From Blasia pusilla (lineage: Eukaryota): 64,000 nucleotides of DNA. This document shows positions 39,317 to 50,655 of the stretch, in pieces. Position 1 is the first letter of the stretch, and every line of letters begins with the position of its first letter. The notes under the pieces were generated by a model. That model saw only the letters and a list, made by a program, of their open reading frames with translations. It had not been told where the DNA came from and did no database searches. The stretch covers positions 31,372,001 to 31,436,000 of the forward strand of contig CM114271.1 in NCBI GenBank assembly GCA_050084515.1, in the 5' to 3' direction. A program made the translations under genes and the position numbers.

Positions 39317-41930
39317 ACTTGTAAGGGATCGCTTGTCCATACGAAGACCTGATGGTGAGCGTCTGGAGCTTGGATATCACCTTACAACGGTGATTGTTGA
39401 TCCCTGTTTCTGGAATGATCCACATCTCTGGGTAAATCTAGAGACGATTGCTCCAGCTGAAAGCGACCAGTACGAAATGTGACCCAGACCCATTGTACAA
39501 GGGACCACATCCGGACTCTCTGGAGGTACTCCCTTCAAACTGTTCCCCTAATTTCTGTCAAAGTAGCGTTACTATGATCCATGGATATGTACATCCGTGT
39601 AGAGGAATTCCATCAAAGCTCATGTACGCTCAAATCTGATTCAAAACAATCCAGAATTAGAAAAGTGTGAAACGCAGAGGTCTCACCTTTTCATGGAAGA
39701 CAAAAGATTGTGAAAGCAAACCTCGCAGGAAAATACTGTCACTCCAACCGCGGGATAACCCACATTGCAATACACTGCTAGAATTTGTATCTTGATCACT
39801 GTTTGTGCCGCAGATACAACTTTCCGACCTACATGGACATACATGAGCGGAGCATTCTAATTACCCTTGAACAATAGCTTGAAAACTTTCAACATTATTG
39901 CATGTCGTTATTGATCTTACCATTACAAAAGGTCAGCAACTATAACCATCGTAACATTTTTACTGCCTCGAACCTCTGTACAGCTGCTCCAAACCTGCAA
40001 TAGCTGAGCAAAATCTCTCAGATGTGAGTGTTTCCTTGCTCACATTAAGGAAAAAGTGTCTTGGAAGCTTGAGCCCCTAAAATGGGGCCATGATAACTTC
40101 AAAGCCAGATTTCTGACACATCCCATCTCATTTGGAGACTGATACTCCATACAGATGTAAATAACTCATCCAGGCAACAAAATGAAATCTCCAACACAAA
40201 CTTGACAAGAAAGTTCCATACACCCTCCATCTACTCGCTTCGCCTTCAAGCAGTGAATCACATAATCAAGAAGAGGGTATTGTATACCATCCCTGCTGCT
40301 GTTGAACTCTTACAGTTCGTTGGAGTTCGCCTGCTGGCAGTGCGGCAATATCATTATAGGACATAAACATGACGGTTCTTCCACTAATTGTCAGCGCATG
40401 GCAAGTGAAAAAATAGCAACCGGAAATGGCCAACAAAAAGTATGAATTGTCCAATTTTAAAATTTCTAGCTTTTGCCTTGAAAATTTCCGTCTCATTTGG
40501 ATAAGTTATGAGAATTCGATATTCCCAACTGTATTGTGATGAAACCTACAAAATGGTGTCAAACTTACTGGGAACGAAGAGTTTGGCAATCGAGCCCTTA
40601 CAGTGAACTAAGTGAAGCTCTTTGTAAGGTCAAACCATTTTCCACTGTTTGTGGAGCACCGTAAAAACGTTAGCGACCAGAATCGAGTAGAGAATGAAGC
40701 AAAATGATCCTCAAACTTGCAGAGAGCCAATGAAACATAGATTCAGAGAGAAACACATCAATCAAGAGTTCGAGACTCGACCAAGGAAATCAAACATTAC
40801 GGCCGAAGACATTCCAATATTACAATTGTCAGCTTCCGCTTGCGAAACAAGCGCGAGTAGGACTATGAAGAATATAGAGACCTTTGTTGCCCTCTGCCCA
40901 ACCCAGTGTATGATACCACTGTGAACACGTCACAAAGCCAAGCTGAAAGGTTGAGAATGCGCAGATAACGAAAATGGTCCGAATTTGTCCAGAGTCAGAC
41001 TAATTTGCCTTCGCATAATGAAATTTACATTCTCAAGCTGTGAAGTTTACTAATGAAACGTCCAATGGTGTTTACCTGAGTTTCTTGTGAGATTTGAGGA
41101 ACCATTACTCCTTAGAAGCGGAGCCCTAAATAATAGTCTACCCAAATGTCCTTCAATTTTAATGCACATCAACCATGAACACCGGTGTTACAATCCCCTT
41201 TCTCAATAATTCAGTGGCCGAAAATGAGATGGTAAGTCGCAACGGTAACGCCCATGCTCAAACGTGACACTTTTCGGAGATTTTCTCATAGAATCCAAAT
41301 GCCCAATATTACGACATTTCAGACAGCTCGTGTAGGCACCTCGATTCGCACACTCAGTACCATCATCCAAACTTGTTAAACCCAGGAGTTGCGAAATAAA
41401 CATCCTAACCTAAAAACAGGGCCTCCTGTGGATAGAACCAATCGCAGATGACCAAAGTGTCATGGACGCATCTCATCTTCTTCTATCTTTCGGACATTCC
41501 CAAAGATGAAAAGAGAGAAAACTCTGGGAAGGTCCTTCTTTCCGGCTAAAATCGTTGCGACGCGGATGAGCTCGATTACGGAGAGCTTATATTTGTCCTC
41601 GCTACAATTCCATTGTTAGTCAACCTCCTCGGCGTTTACTGGGCAAATTTTCCGCCTGCCGTAACCCGCAAACTCCTCGGCGTGATGCGTACAACGGAAT
41701 GCTTTGAACCACTGCAGACAACCATAGACTGCCACTAAGTGAGTGGATTCGAGTCTTGGAAGGGTCACTGGAAACTATGAGAAAGAACGGGGTTACGCGG
41801 CAAGAAATAAAAAAGTTTTTGCTAGTGTAGAGTCGAGGAAGGTATTAATGATGTTGTATACAAATTTTCTTGTTGCCCCTATTTTAGTGAAGTGTTTGCG
41901 CATTAAGAAGGTACTCTCCTTTCATAGATA

Positions 41931-44900
41931 CTAGTAAGGTGTATGTGCCTATATGCTAGGAAATGAAAAAACGTTTGAAGAATTACTGGATAATTCGTGT
42001 AGGGAAAATATTAATGATGATGTACACAAATTCGGAATTTTTTTTATTGTCCGTAACATGTGAAAAATTTTCTCGTTGCCCAGTTATCATGTGTCAAACT
42101 TAGAAGTGTTTGCAAATCAAGAATACACTCTTCCATGAGCTGCTCGTACGATGCAATGAAAATAAAACATTCTTTGAAAAATTAGTACATAACTCATGGA
42201 GGGAAGCGATTAATGATGTTGTGCATAAATTCAAATATTTTTCTTGTTGCCCGTAGCATGTGAAACATAACATGTGCGGTGTAACAATTTTTGAAATTTT
42301 CTTTTAAGAAAAAAAAATCTCTTCGTCCAACTTATTCACATGTCCTCTATACTTGTTTACCAATTAATTTTCTTCCCCTTTCTCTTTACATTATAGTTGT
42401 GTGACATAGTTTTCTTTTTCCTAGATAGAAAGGGCTAAAAAACAGGTGTTAGAGACAAGAGGATTTTAAAATTATACTAAAATTTTGAAATTGTATTTAA
42501 TTCCAATTTTTCCATTTAATTCCCACCTTTTTAAAATCTTAAAAGAGTAAGACGATTTCACCTATGAATAATACCCATCTCCTCTAAATAATTTCACCCC
42601 TTCATACAAGTTAGAACATTAACTATTCTTCCCCTTCCACTCTTCCTACCAAAATAATATTAAATAATTAAATTCTTAGTTAATTTTAATTAATGAAATA
42701 ATATTTTATTTTTATTCAAATTTATTTTTCTTTCCCAAAATATCACATGTGAATTAACATGATTATTTTACAAATTAGTCACATTATTCATCTCAAATTT
42801 TAAACATAAATTTTATTTTCTAAAATCTTCGAAGAGTAATCATAATAATCTATATTATTATGGGAGAGTGCCTTTTTGATTTGCAAACACCTCTCTGTTT
42901 GACGTGTGACAACTCGGAAGCAAGAAAATGTTTCACATGATACGGGCAGCAAGAAAAAAAATTTATGCGCAACATCATTATTCGCTTCCCTCCATGGGTA
43001 TACACTTATTCTTCAAACAAATTTTTATTTCCCTTTCATCGCACGGGCATCTCATCTATATTATTATGGAAGAGTGTCATAATAATTAACTATTAACATC
43101 TTAACTATTAACTAATCTTCCCCTTCCATTCTTCTTACCAAAATTTAATTGAATTATTTAATTTTTAGTTAATTTTAATTAATGAATTAATTTTTCTTTT
43201 TTACTCAAAAAATTTTCTTCCCCAAAATATCACATGTGAATTAACATTATTAGTTTTAAAAATAAGAAAAATCTTCCTTTCAAATTTTAAATAAAATTTA
43301 TATTTTCTAAAATCTTACCAGAATAATCATTACTTTGCACTCTAATAACATTCCATTCTTCTAAGTAATTACACTCCTCCATTAAAATTTAAATGATCTC
43401 CCAATCCCCTATGCAATTTTACCCTTCCATAAATTTTAAACAAGATCTATTCCTTTTCCATTAAAATTCATTTTCTCTTCCTATTAAATATGAATTAAGA
43501 TATAAATTATAATTTTTGGGTTATCTATATTATTATGGGTACGTGTCTTCTTGATTTGCAAACACCTCTCTGCTTGACACGTGGCAACGAAGCAACAAGA
43601 AATCGTTTCACATGCTACAGGCAACCAAACAAAATTTGAATTTATGTGCATCATCATTAATCTCTTCCCTTCACGGGCTATAACTAGCTCTTCAAACACT
43701 CTTTTATTGCCCGTGCATCGCACATGCATCATATCTATATTATTATGGGAAAGTGCATTTTTTATTTGCAAACACCTCTTTGCTTGACACATGGCAACCA
43801 AGGAGCAAGAAATTGTTTCACATGCTACAGGCAGCCAAAAATAAATTGAATTTATGTGCAACATGATTGATCTTTTCCCTTCACGGCCTGTACACTAGCT
43901 CTTCAAACACTTGCACGGGTACCTTATCTATATTATTATGGGAGAATGCTTTCTTGATTTGCAAAAACCTCTTCGCTTGACACGTGGCAACTAAGCAGCA
44001 AATAAATGTTTCACATGCTATGTGCTGCAAGAAAACAATTGGAACTTATATGAAGCATCATTAATCTCTTCCTTTCACAAGCTATACACTAGCTCTTTCA
44101 CGGGCTATACACTAGCTCTTTCATGGGCTATACACTAGCTCTTCAAACACTCTTTTAATTCCTATGCATTGCACGGATACCTTAGCTATATTATTATGGG
44201 AGAGTGCCTTCTTGATTTGTAAACACTTCTATGCTTGACACATGACAACTGGGCAGCAAGAAAATGTTTCACAAGCTACGAGCGGCAAGAAACAAATTTG
44301 AATTTATGTGGAATATCATTAATCTCTTCCCTTCATCAGATGTACACTAGCTCTTCAAACACTTTTTTATTTCCCGTGCATCTTACTAGTTTATCATAAT
44401 AACTCCATCCTATTTATATTTAGGATCACCCATTATAATATTAATTAAATCATTGATTGATTAAAAAACCTTTTTCTATTTCGCCCAAATCACTATCCTT
44501 TCTCTCTATACATCTATCTCTATCCATCTAAAATGACTCAAACAACAAAATTAATACATGTTGCCTATTTTATCTTGTTATCTCACTATCTTATCGTATT
44601 ATACTTGTAGCGTCGTCCATTATAATATAAACAGATAAATAGATAGGATAGTCAAAAGAAAAGGTCATCTCAAAATGAAATCATCTTTATTTTTAGCAAA
44701 TAGAGTATATGGTTCTTGTCGAATAGTTGGAATTCAATTGTACTCCGAGGATAGGTGATTCAAAATTATACATTTGTGCCTAATACGAGTATGAGCTAGT
44801 TTAATTTAATTCTCTCCTCTTAACTATGACAAATTTTAGGGATTCTCCATATCCATCTTCTCTTTAAAGGTAATACTAGTTGTATGCTTGTGCTTACGCA

Positions 44901-45480
44901 TGAAAAATATTTTTTTATAATTCAAAAATATTTTTTATTCCAACATTCAAGTACAACTTTCAATTTTTAAAATCTTAAAAAAATAAAATTATTTAAATTT
45001 TAAATAATATCCAATCTCCCTAAATAAATTCACTCCTCCATAAAAGTTTGAACAACACATACTCTTCCCCTTCCATTCTTCCCACCAAAATAATCTCCAC
45101 AAATTAAATTATTCGTTAATTTTTTAATGAAAATATTTTATTTTTCCATTAAAATTAATTTTCCTTCCCAAAATATCAAATGTGGGTTACTTTTATTATT
45201 TTAAAAAATAATCATATTCTATATTTGAAAATTTAAAAGTAACTTTTTTTTAAATCTTATAAGAGTAATAACATTCCATTCTTCTAGATAATTCCACTCT
45301 TCAATTAAAATTTAAATGATATCCCAATCCCCTAAATAATTCCATCCTTCAATAAAATTTAAACAATATATGCTCCATCTCCCTTAAAATTTATTTTTCC
45401 CTCCCATCAAATATGAATTAAGGAAGAAATTTGTAATTTTTTTGTTATTTTTTCTATTTATCCCACCTTAATATCATCTA
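41931..45480. mobile_element. Cluster of non-autonomous Helitron fragments in both orientations
   Basis: CTAG 3' ends at 41931 (-), 44386 (+) and ~44877 (-); repeated TCTATATTATTATGGGAGAGTG 5' ends (~42850, ~43055, 43524 onward); AT-rich family shared with 1250-1900. Confidence 0.8.
43524..44389 (+). repeat. Head-to-tail array of four ~210-bp mini-Helitron units
   Basis: Units start at 43524, 43734, 43927 and ~44185, each with a cccgtgcatcgcacggg-type hairpin. Only the last ends in CTAG|T. Confidence 0.88.
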
Positions 45481-45941
45481 GCATAGTGACTACATCACAG
45501 GCAAAGCGATACAACATACAACGTAAGCCTGCATGAACTACTACTAAGTTTGGATTAACTGTACCGTCAATGTTACGAAGGTTACACATGGCAAAACCTC
45601 ACGCACTCTCAAAATGGTGCACCCTACAGTCGCATCCAACGTCATGGGTGTCGTCTGCTGCAAGTAGACATAGTCTCCCTGATGAAACCTTCGGATGGTA
45701 AGTCGATAACCACCTCCGCAAATAGTCTCATACCTCAACGCATCCCGATATTGCGCAATTGCTAAGTTCTCAAACGCCATGGACATCACTCTCCAAAATA
45801 ACTGGATTCTCTAAGAACATGCTCACATCCATACATCAAGATCATCAAGGTTCAACACCTCACCAGTATCTCGACGAATGGCCACTTGTAAATGTGGTTG
45901 TCGGTCGCAAAGAAACAAATATATTGAGAAAGATGTGGTCG

Positions 45942-47213
45942 TGTCGAGAGCCTTTCTTTCAGTAAGGGTGGACCAGCTAGTTGCGGCAAACGTGGTTGAT
46001 GCAAAGTGAATTCTATAAGAATTTCTCCTTTCTCAGTACAGAATTATTATATAAACCCTCCATTATCTCACGATAGGAATCACGAATGGTAGTGACGATC
46101 ACTTCTTCATAACATTGAATCCCAAACTTCCGAACTATGAAGTCCTTGTAAAGTACTTTACACTGGTACACAAGAAAAATAGCACAACTAGTGTTAAATC
46201 CTACTCGAGCAGGTTTGTTACCATCCATGGATCGCTATATAAGAACATATAACGTACAATCCCATGTTCTCCCATACGTGATAATAGGAAGAATGATCGG
46301 AGTTGAAGATTGCATGACTTGGTTCATAAATGCCTCCCCAAAGTGATAAACTAGGTAGCAAGTAAACCAATGTCTATCTACAAAGAGAACCTTCACGTAG
46401 TACGGGTTAAGGAAAGGAAAATCATGTACAACTCCTGCTCCATCCCTATCCATACTTCATGGACATTCTCTATCCTCCTCAAGAATGGGTTTTGGCGGAG
46501 TTGCTCTCCCAAGAAGCGTAATTCACTTTCATTGGGAAGATAACAAGTCAAAATCATCCACTATCTCTAGTATGACTAAAATTCCCTAAGATGATAAGTC
46601 TCTCATCTCCACACATACCACATTCTAGAAAACCTCTCGAAGAATAGACCATGATCAAGTTACTCTCCCAAGAAAGGTAATCCACTCTCATTGGAAGAGC
46701 AAGCAAGCCCAACGCCATCCACTCAAGAGTGACGCGAGAGCTCAAGAAATGAAGTAGAAGGTGGTAAACCCTTGAAGGTCCCTCCTCTTTATATACTCAC
46801 AAGGGATCGACAACAGTACGAAATAGGGCTAATCTTATCTTGTGCCACATGGCCTCCTCTCAAGGCTTAGCCAATCACATTTTGACACAAGTAGATTATC
46901 TCTTATCTATTCCAAAATATCCTCCTTTACTCACTTCATATCTTCCAAACTACTCCAACTACCCTAGCAACCAACCAAGACTACTTTTGCTTTTGTTTCA
47001 TTAATACACCAACCCCATTACTTTACTTTTATAATCCCGTGTCTCATTTATTACCTCTTTTCCTAAAGTTGGGCCCCCATAAAAGAGGCACCATAAAGAG
47101 ATTTAAACATGAATATTTTGTTTTCCTAAGCTAATTAACTTAATACTAATAAAACTCTCTCTAACGATTAATGAGAGAGGAATTTATATAGTGGGTGATT
47201 TTACTAAACGACA
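45942..47213 (-). mobile_element. ~1.27-kb solo-LTR-like insertion inside the Gypsy integrase
   Basis: TGTCG...CGACA termini and a TATATAAA box (~46790). The integrase frame resumes on both sides (RKASL | SFSIYLFL). A homologous copy starts at 63629. No clean TSD was seen. Confidence 0.65.
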
Positions 47214-50200
47214 ACGGTAAGGAGGCCTTCCTGTTGAATCTGTATCCCATCGCCAACCACGGAAACCCGAGCTCTTAATCTCCTAAGTGACCTCTTTGTA
47301 AGCCATACTTGCGTAAACCTCTCTTCACCGTCTGCATAACCCTCATCGCTTGTCCATCCGCCTCAAGATGATCTCGAAAAATGGTGCGGTGGTCGATCAA
47401 CGCCTGCTCATACAAGCCTTGAAACTCCTCGTGAAAGTTCGTACCCTAGTATTTCAACATCTCATCTAGTGCACCATAATGACTCAACACTCTATCTAGG
47501 AAGGCAAACTGTGAGAAAACATAAAGTGACAAAATCACTTAAATCTATTACAGAATTTGGAGAAACAAAATGGCTAGATTCTATGAGCGTGCTCTCACAA
47601 AAGAGCTTTGATGGAACCTGAACATAAAGATAACTTAACATACAAGAATACATTGCTGTTGCGGCTCTCGACTATTTCACTACTCATAAAACTCAGGTTT
47701 TTTACATGTTTTTTTTTTCTATTAATAGATTTTTTTATCGAGGGTTGCGACTTCGGACCCCCGCGTCACATCAAGGTGTCCTGCACCCCGATGCAATATA
47801 GGGTTAGATAATCCTAGTAACGCTACTCCATAAACCACCTACGTCATATTACTATGAATCCTCCGACGTCTAAGTTGGAACCATAATTCTAGGCTTCTCC
47901 TCATAGAAGGGGGTCGATCAAATTAATGATGCTTAGAGAAGTGGATGTTGAGAATCCAACATATACGCTACTCCCTCACTCGCTTTGTCATGCAATGCAA
48001 CCAACTCTATCCACTTCGAGAAGTGTTTAACCATCACCAACACATAACCACTATGGCGCTTTGTCAAGCGTAAGGTCCTGCTAAAACCAAACTCTATCTA
48101 TAGCCTAAACCTATGATCGAAAGTGGATGCAACTGTGGAGTCGGAGCATTGAACGATATCCGGACCCGATCACACACCATACACTTAGCAACAAACTACA
48201 AAATGTCAATGTGCATGGCTCGCCATCAATATTGTATCTAGAGCAAGTTGTCCATCCGCTTCACTAAAAAATGGCCCAACTCCTCATACCAAACGTACTC
48301 TCACTGAAGGATGAGGCACTACACGTACTTTACCATCCTCCCAAACTCGCAGCAATGTGTCCTCTCCCACCGGAACCGTTTGGCTCGTTGTAGGATCCGA
48401 TCCCGCTCTTTAGCACCCAATGTGCTCGCGACGCTGTGAGTACCCAGTCACTCCAAGACTACTCCATCCTCGTGAATATCTTGTTGTCTTCTCACCGGCC
48501 TCTAGATCTAAGGACTCTCCATCAGACCTCGCCATCAAAATCTCAACCCTCTGGCTCTCAAGAGCTAACAAGCCCAAATAGGCTGATGCGTGTTATCTTG
48601 GCACTCACTTCTCATCACTCTCTCGATGCCGTCGAGCTCAAGTTTCATCTCGTTGACTTGGGCCTGGGTTACGGCTCAAACCATCTACATCTTGGTTGAG
48701 CGTTCAAGGTCTATGTACTACCTGGAAGTCATACTTTTGCAACAACAGAGCCCACCTCGCAAGCTTCCTTGTAAGATTATTGGACTCCATCAACCACTTA
48801 AGTGATTGATGATCATAAAGGATGGTAAAGGGGTTGCTAAATAAGTAACATCGCAAATGCGCGAGAGCCCACACTGCAACCAAACACTCACCCTTATACA
48901 ACCTATACTTCGCCTCTACAACGTTGTTTGAGCGACTAGCACAAGCCACCACGAACTCTCTATCCTCATCGTCATGTTTGGTGAGCACCACTCCAAGCCC
49001 CAACATGCTCCAATCTGTATGCAACTGGAAAGGACTCGCCCTGATCAGTCTCCTCAATATGGGCACGGACGTCGATCTATCCTTAAGCAGTTGAAATGCT
49101 CTGTCGTGCTCATCCCCCCAGTGCCACTTGTGATCCACCTTTGCAATCAAACTAAAACCCTTCTCATACCATTGATAGAAGTTCACCTACCCTATAAATA
49201 CACGAACTCGACTCACATATACATCTTTAAGGCGTGGAATACGTGAAATAGCCTCTATCTTTGTCTGCTGCACACCAGGGCCACCTAGGTATATTGTGTG
49301 ACCCAAGTACTCAATCTGGTCGTACAAGCACTTGCACTTGTCTGGATGTAGCTTTAGCCCATCTTACTGTAATCGTCAAAATACCTCTCCAAATGTCGCT
49401 CATGCTTCTCAACCATGGCGCTATAAACTACGATGTCATTAATATAACACCTAACAAAATCCAAACCTGCCAAAATCCTATCCATGATCCTCTAAAACTC
49501 TGCCGAAGCATTCTTTAACCCAAATGGAAAGAACCGCCAGTGGTACAAACGATCCTTCTTGTGAGGATCGATGCCCCAAAATGTCATCTACTTTTTGTCT
49601 TCCAATGTGATAGGCAACTAATGGTATCCGGCTCGAAGATCTAATGAACTAAAGACCTTTGCATGCCCAATAGCATCAAAAATCTCGTCAGATGTGGGCA
49701 TGGTATACCTATCAAACTTCGTCTACTGATTGATAGGCCGGAAATCTCCACACATCCGCCTATCCATCCAATTTCCTTGCACATCCTTCTTGGAGGGCAT
49801 GATATTGGCAAATGCATACTCACTACACGACATCTCCACTAGCCCTGCTCCAACTAAGTCATGGCTCTTACTCTAAATCAGAGCCCTCTCCATATCACTA
49901 TACCTATATGGTCATTGAAAGATTGGTGTGTTGCTATACAACTCAATGCGGATCCATGGACCCTTTTGCGTACCCAAATCATGCATACTAAATGCAAAAT
50001 AACTCATGTAACTCATAAGGAACTGATGTATCCAACGTCGTTCTCCTCCAATCAACTTAGGGCCCATATCTAGCTCCCAAGTCTCCATCGTGACAATAGT
50101 AGGGCTCTCAAGCGTGTGTATCAATGGTTGCTATGATGCAACCCCATCTTGGACAATATAACTCAATTGCTCCCCTTCATCCAACTGCAAACTCTCATCT

Positions 50201-50440
50201 CCTCCATGTGTAGTATCCGAAACCACGCTCGATGTTATGGTTGTTATCTCTCAACGTACCTGCAAAACATCCCAATAAGTCCAAGGATGTCTCTCTCGAT
50301 CACCCCTAGCATGTCGATCTCCTCGGGTCCCGCCCCTAGCCACTACCTCAACCGTCTCGATAGGCATGGGGCTCACCAAGACAACACTTGTATGTAACAT
50401 GTCGCAACCCCATCCGATGCTGCTCAGCTACTCCTAAGTT

Positions 50441-50655
50441 GATTATCCATATCAAGCAATTTGGGTCCATCGCCTGACCTCAGCCATGACGTTGTGATAC
50501 CTCAACTAGTGACGGTACTATCGTCACTCCTATGGGAAATCCCATCGCTCGCTCTTGCTCATCAACATTGGGCTTCACCACCCACTGCAGCTGATTATCC
50601 CAAACCAAGCCAAGCACGGCTTCCTTGTATGCATAGGAAGTAGAAAACTCAATAT
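50441..50655 (-). pseudogene. DNMT3-like C5 methyltransferase C-terminus (motifs IX-X) directly upstream of the Gypsy RT
   Basis: Minus-strand translation TSYAYKEAVLGLVWDNQLQWVVKPNVDEQERAMGFPIGVTIVPSLVEVSQRHG*GQAMDPNCLIWI matches the DNMT3 pattern E.ER.FGFP..YT....S...R..LLG.SW. Confidence 0.8.

Larger units (their letters stand above)
45544..50655 (-). mobile_element. Degenerate Ty3/Gypsy pol region: DNMT C-terminus, RT, RNase H, integrase
   Basis: RT: RMCGDFRPIN, SSLDLRAGYH, FPFGLKNA, CYINDIVV (~49300-49950). RNase H: LHTDWS..GVVL, ASRS, ECLVAVWAL, DHQSLKWL (48704-49186). Integrase: CMVCDR, HFSKWIE, FLDRV, ADGQA (47215-48430) and C-terminus RRFHQGDYVYL (45544-45935). Confidence 0.9.

Noticed and set aside
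32664-39340. Many alternative-frame and antisense ORFs over the repeat gene
   Set aside because: Shadow ORFs expected from a GC-rich repetitive CDS.
39900-41800. Possible spliced minus-strand gene converging on the SHIPPO gene
   Set aside because: A few splice-like signals are present, but no coherent or recognisable protein could be assembled.
43524-44389. CRISPR-like repeat array
   Set aside because: Whole units are homologous, there are no unique spacers, the context is eukaryotic, and Helitron termini explain it.
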